DNA of 48,892 nt from Thermodesulfobacteriota bacterium (GCA_025454155.1 JALOOZ010000001.1:1-48892), one strand, 5' to 3'. Shown: positions 1 to 9,725, counted from the stretch's first letter. Notes: generated from the sequence alone by a model not told the origin. Numbers and translations: made by a program.

Positions 1-149
1 CCGCCAAGTGCTACGGCGGCGACATCACGCGCAAGCGCAAGCTGCTGGAAAAGCAGAAGAAGGGCAAGAAGCGGATGAAAATGGTGGGCTCGGTGAGCAT
101 CCCGCAGAGCGCCTTCCTGGCGGTGCTGAAATCCGACACGGATTCGTGA
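1..149 (+). CDS. lepA: Elongation factor 4 (LepA), 3' end only (gene starts upstream of the window)
   Basis: The frame from position 3 reads [43 protein letters not shown], the LepA C-terminal signature. TGA at 147-149 overlaps the ATG of the next gene. Absent from the ORF track. Confidence 0.95.
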   Translation, partial: AKCYGGDITRKRKLLEKQKKGKKRMKMVGSVSIPQSAFLAVLKSDTDS

Positions 150-1282
150 TGGCCCAGGAGACCTCGATTCCCGGTCTTTACGTCCACATCCCGTTCTGCG
201 CATCCAGGTGCGGATACTGCGACTTTTTTTCCGTCACGGACATGGGGCTCATGGCCGGCTTCATGCTGGCACTGGTCGGAGAGATCGATGCCTGCCGAGG
301 GGAGTTCCGCGAGTTCGACACCGTCTACCTCGGCGGAGGAACTCCGTCCCTGCTTCCCCTGCAGCAGCTGGAAAGGATCATGGACAGGATTCGGCGTGTC
401 TTCAGGATCCTTCCCGGGGCCGAAATCACCATCGAAATCAACCCTGCCGACTGGAGACGCGATGAGCTGTTTGCGGTACGCGAACTGGGCATCAACCGGA
501 TCTCCATCGGTATCCAGTCGTTCGACGAGAAGGAGCTGGCCCTTCTCGGCCGCCGGCATGGCAGGGAACAGGCACTGCGCACCCTGGAAGACGCCGCTGC
601 GTCTGGGTTCGACAACCTGGGCCTTGACCTGATCTACGGCCTGCCCGGACAGGAGTTCCGTCAGTGGCAGGCCTCCCTCGTGCAGGCCCTGGCCTTCGAA
701 CCCGCCCACGTCTCATGCTATGAACTGGAGCTCAAGCCCCGCACGCCGCTGGGCCGCCGGTATGAGCAGGGCGAATTCCCTGTGCGCACCGAAGCCACCC
801 AGCGAGACTTCTTCATGAAAACATCGGAATTCCTGGAGGGGTCGGGATACATCCACTACGAGGTCTCCAGCTTCGCCAGGGGCATGGGCATGGCATCGCG
901 GCACAACCAGAAATACTGGGACCACACGCCCTACCTGGGCCTCGGTCCATCTGCCCATTCCTTCAGGGACGGGCGGCGCTGGTGGAACCATGAATCCATC
1001 GGAGATTACATCCGTGATCTCGAAAACGGGAAGCGTCCCGTCAGCGGCAGGGAAGAGCTCACCGCCGAACAGCTGGCCCTGGAGGCTCTCTTCCTGGGCC
1101 TCAGGACAAGCAGGGGGATCCACCTCGGGCAGTACCGCAGCCGCTACGGCATCGACCTCATGGCGGAAAAGGGCCCATTACTGAAGGACCTGGGCAGGGC
1201 AGGCCTCATCGATATCGAACGAGACAGCATCCGCCCCACCCGTACCGGCATGGCTGTGGCTGACAGCCTGGCCCTGCTGTAG
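149..1282 (+). CDS. hemW: Radical SAM heme chaperone HemW (HemN-like)
   Basis: YVHIPFCASRCGYCDF (CxxxCxxC), GGGTPS and HNQKYW (HNxxYW) motifs. Follows lepA with a TGATG overlap, so the start is re-called at 149. Confidence 0.9.
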   Translation: MAQETSIPGLYVHIPFCASRCGYCDFFSVTDMGLMAGFMLALVGEIDACRGEFREFDTVYLGGGTPSLLPLQQLERIMDRIRRVFRILPGAEITIEINPADWRRDELFAVRELGINRISIGIQSFDEKELALLGRRHGREQALRTLEDAAASGFDNLGLDLIYGLPGQEFRQWQASLVQALAFEPAHVSCYELELKPRTPLGRRYEQGEFPVRTEATQRDFFMKTSEFLEGSGYIHYEVSSFARGMGMASRHNQKYWDHTPYLGLGPSAHSFRDGRRWWNHESIGDYIRDLENGKRPVSGREELTAEQLALEALFLGLRTSRGIHLGQYRSRYGIDLMAEKGPLLKDLGRAGLIDIERDSIRPTRTGMAVADSLALL

Positions 1283-1338
1283 CATGTCAACATCACCAAT
1301 GAACTTGAAAGACCGGAGGAAATTATTCCATTGATTTT

Positions 1339-1365
1339 ATAACGCTGTTATTATAACAGGGTTAT
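1339..1365. promoter_or_regulatory. Palindromic operator upstream of the TetR gene
   Basis: ATAACGCTGTTA-TTA-TAACAGGGTTAT has 12-bp arms with 1 mismatch and is built from two ATAAC-N3-GTTAT units. It lies in AT-rich DNA 23 bp before the TetR ATG. Confidence 0.7.
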
Positions 1366-1388
1366 CCTAATGGTGGGGGTATTCCCGT

Positions 1389-2039
1389 ATGCCTCGAACA
1401 CCCCGGTCACAACGTGAGATCGATCTCGTAAAAAAGGAAATCCTCGACTCCGCCTTGGAGTTCATCCTAGCGGACGGCTTCCAGAATCTCAGCATGCGCA
1501 AGCTCGCCTCCAGGCTGGGCATGACCGCCACGACCATATACAATTACTTTTCAAACAAGGACGAGATAAACCTCATGATCCGCATGCGCGGCTCCGAGTT
1601 GCTCTACCAGCGATTTCTGAAGTGCTGTGATCAGCACACCGACCCCCTCTTGAAGATGCAAGCCATGATCCGTGCCTATTTCGATTTCGGCATCAGCTAC
1701 CCTAATTACTACGATATCCTGTTCAACCTGCACACTCCCAAATACCTCGACTACATAGGGACTGATCTGGAACCTATTGCTCGAACGGAAAAGGAGTCGT
1801 CTCTGCGGAACTATGAGATCGTTGCCAGGACTCTTGCGGAGGTCATGTGCATCCGGGGCGACGTGAGCCATGATCTTGTGAAAGACAGGACCATCCAGAT
1901 GTGGTGCGAAATCCACGGTACTATCTGCCTCCATAACAGTAACTTGCTGCGTGAAATTGATGACAATCCGGCGGAATTGACAGGTCGCATGATAGACGAC
2001 GTCATCGCTCGCCTCATGAGATTCGGAGACGAGCAGTAG
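1389..2039 (+). CDS. TetR/AcrR family transcriptional regulator
   Basis: N-terminal HTH: ILDSALEFILADGFQNLSMRKLASRLGMTATTIYNYFSNKDEI. Confidence 0.93.
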   Translation: MPRTPRSQREIDLVKKEILDSALEFILADGFQNLSMRKLASRLGMTATTIYNYFSNKDEINLMIRMRGSELLYQRFLKCCDQHTDPLLKMQAMIRAYFDFGISYPNYYDILFNLHTPKYLDYIGTDLEPIARTEKESSLRNYEIVARTLAEVMCIRGDVSHDLVKDRTIQMWCEIHGTICLHNSNLLREIDDNPAELTGRMIDDVIARLMRFGDEQ

Positions 2040-2104
2040 GAAGTCGACTCTGCGCCTCGGGAAATCCGTACCGGTATCATATGCTACCTGAAAGGAGGAC
2101 TGTC

Positions 2105-5100
2105 ATGCAGCAGCATGTGGCCGCACAGCACCAGACACCCGGGGGTGCCGTGCAGAAGAAGAGATCCACGAACTTTCTCGTGAACGTGCTTTTGCACGCC
2201 ATGGCCATGTTTTTCAACAGGCGCAGCTCGCTCAGGAAGTACCTTGCGAGCGACAATGGATGGCTCAATTTCACGGTGGGGATACGGACCGAGGCCGGTT
2301 CGGTCGAGAGCGCCATCTCATTTCAGAACGGGAAGGTCTCCGTCGCCCACCACATACCCGCCAACGCCGACGTCGTGGTGATCCTCGCATCCGACACAGC
2401 GCTCAAGAAGCTCCTCACCGCCCCGACCACCGAGCAAGTCTACATGCTGCTCAAGAGCGAGATGAGGACCGAAGGCAAACAGACATACCTGCTCATGTTC
2501 CTCTTCCTCGTCTCCGTTCTCCTCCACAATCAGCAGATAAAGGGCCTGGAGAAGGAACGTGCCCACTTCAGGAAGAGCGCCTTCAGCGAATGCCCGCAGC
2601 ATCGCCCCGAATTGAGCAGGGAACTGGCCGAACGCAGGGCGCAACGCATGGTGGCGGAGTCAGTGGACCCGGGCGTGAAATTCCTGGGGGATCCCTATCT
2701 GCCGCAGTTCACCCTCGAGGACTTCCCCCGCCTGAAAAAGTTCCTCGACCTCCATTTCGACACCAGGGCACAGGTCTGCATCGAGATGCCCAAACTCCTC
2801 ACCGAGTGGCACAAGAAGAACGGCTTCGACGCCAAGCCAGACGGCACGCCGTGGGTCCCGGAGCTCAGGCGGGGGTACGCCTTCAAGTACATCATGGAAA
2901 ACCGCAGACCTATCATCCGGAAGGACGACCTCGTGGCAGGCACCACGACCTCGAAAGAGGTCGGGGCCTTACCGTATGTCGATGCGGCAGGGACATACCT
3001 CTGGCCGGAGCTCTTCACCGTACCCCACCGGCTACTCTTCCCCTACGACATCACGGAGGAGGAGGCCTGGACCCTCCACCATGAGATCTTCCCCTACTGG
3101 GCGGATAAAAACTTCAGGGAACGCCTCCGCAGCAGGCACAATGACCCACTGGCACTGCGGATCGACGAGCGTTTCGCCGTATATTTCTCCTTCAAATCCT
3201 CCGCCTTCTCACACATCATTCCGGATTTCCCTCGAATCCTTCGTCTGGGAACACACGGCATAATCGAGGAGATCCGGGCCGACATGACACGGGACCCTGG
3301 CGATGCAGGCAGGAATGCTGCACGGGAGGCCATGATCGTCTCCCTCGAGGGGCTTGCAGCCTATTCCAAGAACCTCGCGAGGCAGGCGGCTGATGATGCG
3401 GCATCAGAGGCCGACCTGAAGCGCAGGATCGAGCTGGAGAACCTCTCAGGCGTGTGCACCCGGGTGGTGGAATACCCGGCGCGCACCCTCGACGAGGCGG
3501 TCAATGCAATCTGGATCTCCATGGTGGGCGCCCATATCGAGAACACCAACGCAGGGCTGTCCCTCGGGAGGCTGGACCAGTGGCTCCAGCCGTACTTCGA
3601 GGCCGACATGGCCAAGCTCGAAACAAACCAAGAACGTGAAGCATACATCAAACACGCCATCGAGCTCATCGGTTGCTTCTTCTTCCGCTGCACCGACCAC
3701 CTCCCCTGCATGCCCTACATAGCGACAATCTACTTCGGAGGGAGTTCCTCCGACCAGGCGATCACCCTGGGGGGCGTGAACCCGGATGGCGAGGACGCAG
3801 TGAACGACATGACCTATCTTTTTCTCAAGGTCACGGAGATGCTCTCGCTCCGCGACCCCAACATGAACGCACGCTACCACCCCGGCAAGAACAGCGACAC
3901 CTACCTCAAGCGCCTCTGCGAGGTGAATCTCACCACAGCCGCAACCCCGTCCATGCACAACGACGCAGTCATCATGGAGTCGCTCAGGCAATTCAACTAC
4001 GACGAGCGAGACCTGAACGACTGGGCTGCGGTTGGGTGTGTGGAGCCCACCATCGCCGGCAAGCACACCGGACATACCAACTTCCAGCTGATCAACCTGG
4101 TGGCGGCCCTGGAGATGGCCCTCAACAACGGGACCCACCCCCTCATGCGGTGGAAACTCGGACCCGACACCGGGGTAATCGAGAATGGCGATTTCAAGAG
4201 CTTCGAACAGTTCTATGAGGCCTTTCTCACCCAATTCACTTTTCTGATCGACCAGTCCATACAGCTCAACAACTGGTATGCTGCGGAGCACCAGTACGTG
4301 CGGCCCACACCGTACATCTCCGCCCTCATCGACGGATGCAGCCGCAACGGCCTGGACGCCACGAAGGGCGGCGCAAAATACAACAGCTCCGGCACCGCCA
4401 TCATCGGGCTGGCAGACGTTACCGATTCGCTCATGGTCATCAAGAAGCTGGTCTTCGACGAAAAGAAGGTTCCTTTCGCCCACCTCAAGCGGGCCGTGGA
4501 TACCGATTTTCGGAATGACCCGGCACTCCATGCCATGGTCACCAAGAAGGTGCCCTTCTTCGGCTCCGGCAGCGACGAGGCGGTGGCCATGGCCAACCGC
4601 ATCACCAAGTTCGCCCACGACTACTACACCCCGATTCCGCACTATCGCGGCGGGAAGTACACGGTGGGCTTCTGGTCCATGTCCCAGCATGTCGCCTTCG
4701 GCACGCTTACCGGTGCGCTGCCGTCCGGTAGGCGGGCAGGCCAACCCTTCACCCCCGGCCTAACCCCGGAGCCGAACGCATCGAGAAGCCTCCTGGACAA
4801 TATGCGCGACGTGGCGCGCCTCGATCCGCACAACATCACCAACAACCTGGCCTTTAATGTAAAGATCGTTCCTTCCCCCCATGATACCCGGGAGAAGGCG
4901 GTGCAGGATATGTTCTCCTACGTGAAGACCTACTTCACCCTCGGCGGCATGCAGATGCAGATGAACGTGGTGACCTCTGACACGCTGCGGGACGCCATGG
5001 CCTACCCGGACAGCTACCGCAACCTGCTGGTCCGGATCTCGGGCTACAACGCCTACTTCGTAACCCTTCACAGAGACCTGCAGCTCGAGCTCATCCACCG

Positions 5101-5125
5101 GGCCGAGTACGGCATCGAACGGTGA
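2105..5125 (+). CDS. Glycyl radical enzyme 1 (PFL2/eliminase-like, uncharacterised) with an N-terminal SCP2-like extension
   Basis: Cys loop WAAVGCVEP, Gly loop LLVRISGYNAYF and SLGRLDQWL, plus ~190 extra N-terminal residues. RBS AGGAGG lies before ATG 2105. Confidence 0.9.
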   Translation: MQQHVAAQHQTPGGAVQKKRSTNFLVNVLLHAMAMFFNRRSSLRKYLASDNGWLNFTVGIRTEAGSVESAISFQNGKVSVAHHIPANADVVVILASDTALKKLLTAPTTEQVYMLLKSEMRTEGKQTYLLMFLFLVSVLLHNQQIKGLEKERAHFRKSAFSECPQHRPELSRELAERRAQRMVAESVDPGVKFLGDPYLPQFTLEDFPRLKKFLDLHFDTRAQVCIEMPKLLTEWHKKNGFDAKPDGTPWVPELRRGYAFKYIMENRRPIIRKDDLVAGTTTSKEVGALPYVDAAGTYLWPELFTVPHRLLFPYDITEEEAWTLHHEIFPYWADKNFRERLRSRHNDPLALRIDERFAVYFSFKSSAFSHIIPDFPRILRLGTHGIIEEIRADMTRDPGDAGRNAAREAMIVSLEGLAAYSKNLARQAADDAASEADLKRRIELENLSGVCTRVVEYPARTLDEAVNAIWISMVGAHIENTNAGLSLGRLDQWLQPYFEADMAKLETNQEREAYIKHAIELIGCFFFRCTDHLPCMPYIATIYFGGSSSDQAITLGGVNPDGEDAVNDMTYLFLKVTEMLSLRDPNMNARYHPGKNSDTYLKRLCEVNLTTAATPSMHNDAVIMESLRQFNYDERDLNDWAAVGCVEPTIAGKHTGHTNFQLINLVAALEMALNNGTHPLMRWKLGPDTGVIENGDFKSFEQFYEAFLTQFTFLIDQSIQLNNWYAAEHQYVRPTPYISALIDGCSRNGLDATKGGAKYNSSGTAIIGLADVTDSLMVIKKLVFDEKKVPFAHLKRAVDTDFRNDPALHAMVTKKVPFFGSGSDEAVAMANRITKFAHDYYTPIPHYRGGKYTVGFWSMSQHVAFGTLTGALPSGRRAGQPFTPGLTPEPNASRSLLDNMRDVARLDPHNITNNLAFNVKIVPSPHDTREKAVQDMFSYVKTYFTLGGMQMQMNVVTSDTLRDAMAYPDSYRNLLVRISGYNAYFVTLHRDLQLELIHRAEYGIER

Positions 5126-5144
5126 AGGGGAAATTCGAGGAACC

Positions 5145-6083
5145 ATGAAGAGCACCCCGGAAAAAGTTCAGCGCTCACCTCTCATCCTGGACATCAAGGG
5201 CAACTCCCTGGATGACGGCCCGGGCATCCGAAGCGTGGTCTTTTTCAAAGGCTGTCCTCTTTCATGCGTATGGTGCCATAACCCGGAAAGCAAGGGCTCC
5301 GGAGAGGAAATCTCATATGATGCGAAAGAGTGCATCGGCTGTGATACATGTCTCTCCACCTGTCCCAGGGGGGCCCTGTCGCGCGTGAACTCCCTCTATG
5401 TCGACCGGAACAGGTGCGATCTCTGCTTCGCCTGCACCGGGTTCTGCCCATCAGGTGCCCTGAGCAGGGTGGGCCGGGAGATGAGCATAGAGGAGATCGC
5501 TGCTAAGGTGATCGTGGACAAGCCCTTTTTTGAAACCTCAGGAGGGGGCGTGACACTCTCCGGAGGCGAACCGACCCTCTTCATGGACTTCGTCTCGCAG
5601 CTGCTTTCCCTCCTGAAAACCCACGGGATAGGCACCCTCCTCGAAACATGCGGCCAATTCGATCTCGATCGTTTCATGGACAGGTTGTATCCATATCTCG
5701 ATGCCATCTACTATGACATCAAGCTCATGGACTCGAAGGCTCATGAGCACTACTGCGGTGTGTCCAATGCGCGGATCCTCGACAACTTCACCAGACTGCA
5801 TGCCGCGGCTGCGGCCGACGGCAGGACGCTCCTCCCGCGGATTCCACTTATCCCTGACATCACCGATTCCACGGAAAACATTACCGGAATCGCCGGTTTC
5901 CTTGGTTGCCTCGGCGTCAAGAAAGCCGCGCTGTTGGCCTATAATCCCCTCTGGCACGAGAAGAGCGCCAAGATAGGAGCCGACGACCCCTGTCGCGACA
6001 ACCATCTGATGAGCTCCTGGCCGGAGTGCGAACGCCTGGAGCGCGCCAGGGAGATCTTCATGCAAGCGGGGATTGAGCCATGA
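5145..6083 (+). CDS. Glycyl-radical enzyme activating protein 1 (radical SAM with 2x[4Fe-4S] insert)
   Basis: DGPGIRSVVFFKGCPLSCVWCHNPES; CIGCDTCLSTCP and CDLCFACTGFCP; GGGVTLSGGEP. Confidence 0.95.
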   Translation: MKSTPEKVQRSPLILDIKGNSLDDGPGIRSVVFFKGCPLSCVWCHNPESKGSGEEISYDAKECIGCDTCLSTCPRGALSRVNSLYVDRNRCDLCFACTGFCPSGALSRVGREMSIEEIAAKVIVDKPFFETSGGGVTLSGGEPTLFMDFVSQLLSLLKTHGIGTLLETCGQFDLDRFMDRLYPYLDAIYYDIKLMDSKAHEHYCGVSNARILDNFTRLHAAAAADGRTLLPRIPLIPDITDSTENITGIAGFLGCLGVKKAALLAYNPLWHEKSAKIGADDPCRDNHLMSSWPECERLERAREIFMQAGIEP

Positions 6084-6108
6084 GGGACTGGTCTTGGGAG
6101 GATTCACC

Positions 6109-7356
6109 ATGAAGGGACTCATGTTCAATTACAGCCTCCCCAGGATCGCCCTGAAAAAGGTCGGACTGGGCGGAGATTTCTTCCTGGTCAAATATAGCGA
6201 AACATGGCCGGTTCCGAAGATCTTTCACCCGAACCAGGTTCTGGTGAAAACCCGATTGGCAGGCATCTGCGCATCAGACCTGCATCAGATGACGGTCTCG
6301 ATGTCTCTGTATCCCAGCATCATGGCATCTCCCGTGAACCCCGTTCCCATGGGCCATGAAGTCGTGGGAACCATAGCTGAAGTCGGGTCAGCCGTCAGCG
6401 GGCTCCGGCCGGGGGATCGGGTTGTATATAATCCCGTGGCCCGGTGCTCCTTCTTCGGATTCAGGCCCTGCCCCAGCTGCCTGCAAGGTAACTACCAGCA
6501 CTGCTTCTGCCTTCTAGGCATTGGGGACGGGACCGATCGCGAGCGTGAGTGCGGCGGCAGGAGGAGGTTCGGGGGGTTCGGTGGAGGCGGGTTCAGCGAG
6601 AACCTGCTGGGGTATGAGAAACAATTCCACCTGGTTCCCGATCATGTGCCGGACGATGTGGCGGTGCTCGCCGAGCCCTTCACCATTGCCCTGCATGCGG
6701 TGGCACGTCATATGCCCCGGCATGATGACACCGTTGTCGTGGTGGGTGCGGGGATCATAGGTCTCCTTACCATAAAGGCGCTGAGGGCACTGGGCTCCCG
6801 ATGTCGGATCATCTCGCTGGCACGCTATCCCATGCAGGTGGAAATGGCCATCAAGCTCGGCGCCACCGAGGTCATATCGGAACGCGACATGAAAAAGCTC
6901 TATGACAGGGTTGCCGGAGCGACTGGGGGATCACTCTTTGCCCCGCTTCTCAGCAAGCAGGTGCTCTACGGCAACAAGGGCCCCGACATAATCTACGACA
7001 GCGTGGCCTCGGAATCTTCGGTGGAAGACGACCTCCGCCTTGTCAGGAGCAACGGTAAGGTCGTGCTCACCGGCCTGGATTTCCATATCACCCGAAAGGT
7101 GGACTGGTCGCTGGTGGTATGGAAAGAGATCGAGGTCACCGGAACCCTCTTTTCAGGAAAAGAGCCCATCGAAGAAAATGAGTTGGACGCCTTTGACATG
7201 GCACTAAAGCTCATGGCGAGCGATCCCTGTGGTTTCTCAGGCCTTGTCACCAACACCTTCCCGATTGAAAGATACCGGGAGGCCGTACAGTGCTTCCGTT
7301 CGAAAAAGGCGACCAACGCCATAAAAGTGGTGCTGGATTTCAGGGGGGTAAGTTAA
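6109..7356 (+). CDS. Zinc-dependent alcohol/polyol dehydrogenase (MDR family)
   Basis: GICASD, GHE, a structural Zn Cys cluster (C..CPSC..C) and Rossmann motif VGAGIIG. RBS GGAGG lies before ATG 6109. Confidence 0.88.
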   Translation: MKGLMFNYSLPRIALKKVGLGGDFFLVKYSETWPVPKIFHPNQVLVKTRLAGICASDLHQMTVSMSLYPSIMASPVNPVPMGHEVVGTIAEVGSAVSGLRPGDRVVYNPVARCSFFGFRPCPSCLQGNYQHCFCLLGIGDGTDRERECGGRRRFGGFGGGGFSENLLGYEKQFHLVPDHVPDDVAVLAEPFTIALHAVARHMPRHDDTVVVVGAGIIGLLTIKALRALGSRCRIISLARYPMQVEMAIKLGATEVISERDMKKLYDRVAGATGGSLFAPLLSKQVLYGNKGPDIIYDSVASESSVEDDLRLVRSNGKVVLTGLDFHITRKVDWSLVVWKEIEVTGTLFSGKEPIEENELDAFDMALKLMASDPCGFSGLVTNTFPIERYREAVQCFRSKKATNAIKVVLDFRGVS

Positions 7357-7383
7357 CACATCGCTCCGTCTTAAGGATGTGAT

Positions 7384-8850
7384 TCACCTCCGCCTCCCGC
7401 CGAAGATAGAACCGAGGACACCGCGGATGATCTGCCTGCCGACCTGGCTGCCGATGGCATGGGCAGCGCTCTTGGCCATGGCCGAGAAGAGGTCTGTGCC
7501 CTGGGAATGCCCCTTCGGGGATGCCTGCTTCTCCGCACGTACCTCCTCCTGTTCCTTCTCCGCCTGCTCGGCCCTGACCTTGAGCATCTCAAAGGCCGAT
7601 TCGCGGTCAATGGCCTTTTCGTAGTGGCCGTATATCACCGATCCCCTGATGATCTCCAGCCGCTCCTGGGCGCTCAGCGGGGTCAGCCGGCTGTGAGGGG
7701 GGCAGATGAAGGCCCGCTGCACCACCGTGGGGGCCCCTTTCTCGTCGAGCATCGACACCAGGGCCTCGCCGACCTCCAGCTCGGTTATCACCCTGGCCAC
7801 GTCCAGCCCCTCCCCTGAGCGGAATGTTTCCGCCGCTGCCTTCACGCTCTTCTGGTCTCTGGGAGTGAAGGCCCTCAGGGCATGCTGGACCCTGTTCCCC
7901 AGCTGTCCGAGGACGGTCTCCGGCAGGTCGATGGGATTCTGGGTGATGAAATAGATGCCCACACCCTTGGAGCGGATGAGGCGTACAACCTGCTCGATCT
8001 TCTCCACCAGTGCCTTGGGGGCATCGTCGAAGAGGAGATGTGCCTCATCGAAGAAGAAGACCAGCCTGGGCTTTTCAGGGTCGCCCACCTCCGGGAGCTG
8101 CTCGAAGAGCTCGGAGAGCATCCAGAGCAGAAAGGTGGCGTACAGCTTCGGAGACTGCATAAGCCTGTCGGCGGCGAGGATGTTGATGACCCCCTGCGCC
8201 TTCGTGTCGGCCTGCATGAGATCGTGGAGATTCAGGGCCGGCTCCCCGAAGAACTTTTCGCCGCCCTGATCCTCGAGGGTCAGCAGGCTGCGCTGGATGG
8301 CGCCGATGCTGGCCGATGAGATGTTCCCGTACTGCGTCTTGAACTGTTCCGCCTTATCTCCGACAAACTGGAGCATGGAGCGCAGATCCTTCAGGTCGAG
8401 CAGGAGGAGCCCATTGTCATCGGCGATCCTGAACACGATGGAGAGGACCCCGCTCTGGATCTCGTTGAGCATGAGGATGCGGCCCAGAAGCACCGGGCCC
8501 ATCTCTGAAACTGTGGTGCGGACCGGATGGCCCTGCTCCCCGAAGACGTCCCAGAAGACCACCGGATAACCTTCGAAGCCGAATCCCTCGAGGCCCAGCT
8601 GCCTGATGCGATCGTTGACCTTGGGATTATCACCGCCGGGCAGGGGAAGGCCGGAGAGGTCGCCCTTCACGTCCGCCATGAAGACGGGCACCCCGAAGGC
8701 ACTGAACTGCTCGGCCAGTGTCCTCAGCGTGATCGTCTTTCCGGTGCCAGTTGCACCCGCGATGAGGCCGTGGCGGTTGGCCATTCTCGGGATGATGGCG
8801 ATGTCGGACTGTGCCTTTGCAATGACAAGAGAACTCTGGTGTGCGCCCAT
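7384..8850 (-). CDS. DUF853/YjgR-type HerA-like P-loop ATPase
   Basis: ANRHGLIAGATGTGKT (Walker A), FFFDEAHLLF (Walker B), LIRSKGVG and GRQIIRGVLGSIFGG. RBS AAGGAG lies before ATG 8850. Confidence 0.9.
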   Translation of the reverse strand: MGAHQSSLVIAKAQSDIAIIPRMANRHGLIAGATGTGKTITLRTLAEQFSAFGVPVFMADVKGDLSGLPLPGGDNPKVNDRIRQLGLEGFGFEGYPVVFWDVFGEQGHPVRTTVSEMGPVLLGRILMLNEIQSGVLSIVFRIADDNGLLLLDLKDLRSMLQFVGDKAEQFKTQYGNISSASIGAIQRSLLTLEDQGGEKFFGEPALNLHDLMQADTKAQGVINILAADRLMQSPKLYATFLLWMLSELFEQLPEVGDPEKPRLVFFFDEAHLLFDDAPKALVEKIEQVVRLIRSKGVGIYFITQNPIDLPETVLGQLGNRVQHALRAFTPRDQKSVKAAAETFRSGEGLDVARVITELEVGEALVSMLDEKGAPTVVQRAFICPPHSRLTPLSAQERLEIIRGSVIYGHYEKAIDRESAFEMLKVRAEQAEKEQEEVRAEKQASPKGHSQGTDLFSAMAKSAAHAIGSQVGRQIIRGVLGSIFGGRRR

Positions 8851-8861
8851 GGTCACTCCTT

Positions 8862-9620
8862 TCAGGCGGGTTTTTTGAAGAGCTCCGCATAGAGCAGGGC
8901 CTGGTTGCGGTTCTCCACGCCCAGGGCCTGTTCCAGTCCCCCGATATCCATATTGATGTTGATGGCCTCCTTGGTCATACGCAGCCCTGCGGGGTTCTTG
9001 CCGTTCATGATCCTGGCGATCTGGAGCGCTGTATCCATGAGCGTGTCCCGCTCCACCATGCGGCTGGCGAAACCGAGATCCATGGCCTCCCGGGCGGTCA
9101 TGAAACTGCCGGTGAGCATGAACTCGTAGGCCCGGCCCGCCCCGATCATGCGGGGCAGGAAGTAGCTGCATGCCATGTCCGCACCACCGAAGCCGATGTT
9201 GATGTAGGCAGCTGAAAAACGTGCATCCGTGGTGATGATGCGCACATCGGACGCAAGGGCGAAGCTGAACCCGATACCGGCTGCCGCACCGTGCACCATG
9301 CAGACGATGACCTGCGGGACCTGCCTCATCTTCAGCATCAGCCTGCCCATGCGGCACTGGGCGTGGTAGAACTGGTGGGCATTCATCCTCTCCTGGATCT
9401 GCATGGCCTCCTTCATGTCCAGGCCGGCACAGAACCCCTTGTCCCCGTTCCCTCTGAGCATGACCACCCGGGTGTCCACGTCGTTCTCGCGATTCAGCCA
9501 GAAATGCTCCAGCTCCTCCATCATGTGCTGATTGACCGCATTGTACGTGTCAGGACGGTTGAGCGTCAGGATGCCGATGCCCGGCTCCCGGGGTTCATAG
9601 ACGATGGTATCATAGTGCAT
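8862..9620 (-). CDS. Enoyl-CoA hydratase/isomerase (crotonase) family protein
   Basis: LTLNRPDTYNAVN, FCAGLDM and VHGAAAGIGFSFALASDVR. RBS AGGAGG lies before ATG 9620. Confidence 0.9.
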   Translation of the reverse strand: MHYDTIVYEPREPGIGILTLNRPDTYNAVNQHMMEELEHFWLNRENDVDTRVVMLRGNGDKGFCAGLDMKEAMQIQERMNAHQFYHAQCRMGRLMLKMRQVPQVIVCMVHGAAAGIGFSFALASDVRIITTDARFSAAYINIGFGGADMACSYFLPRMIGAGRAYEFMLTGSFMTAREAMDLGFASRMVERDTLMDTALQIARIMNGKNPAGLRMTKEAININMDIGGLEQALGVENRNQALLYAELFKKPA

Positions 9621-9725
9621 GCAGGCGACCTCCTCTGAAAGACTTCTTACCCCATAGTATACCCACAGGAGGTTTGGAGTAAATACGCAGGCCGACAGAA
9701 GACCTGATCCCTGCACCTTTTCCCC

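Noticed and set aside
8-148. N-terminal extension of the HemW ORF in the track
   Set aside because: It overlaps the true lepA 3' end in another frame. The real start is ATG 149.
8851-9357. Apparent 657-aa fusion extending DUF853 upstream
   Set aside because: The extension overlaps the crotonase gene in another frame, and a clear RBS precedes ATG 8850.
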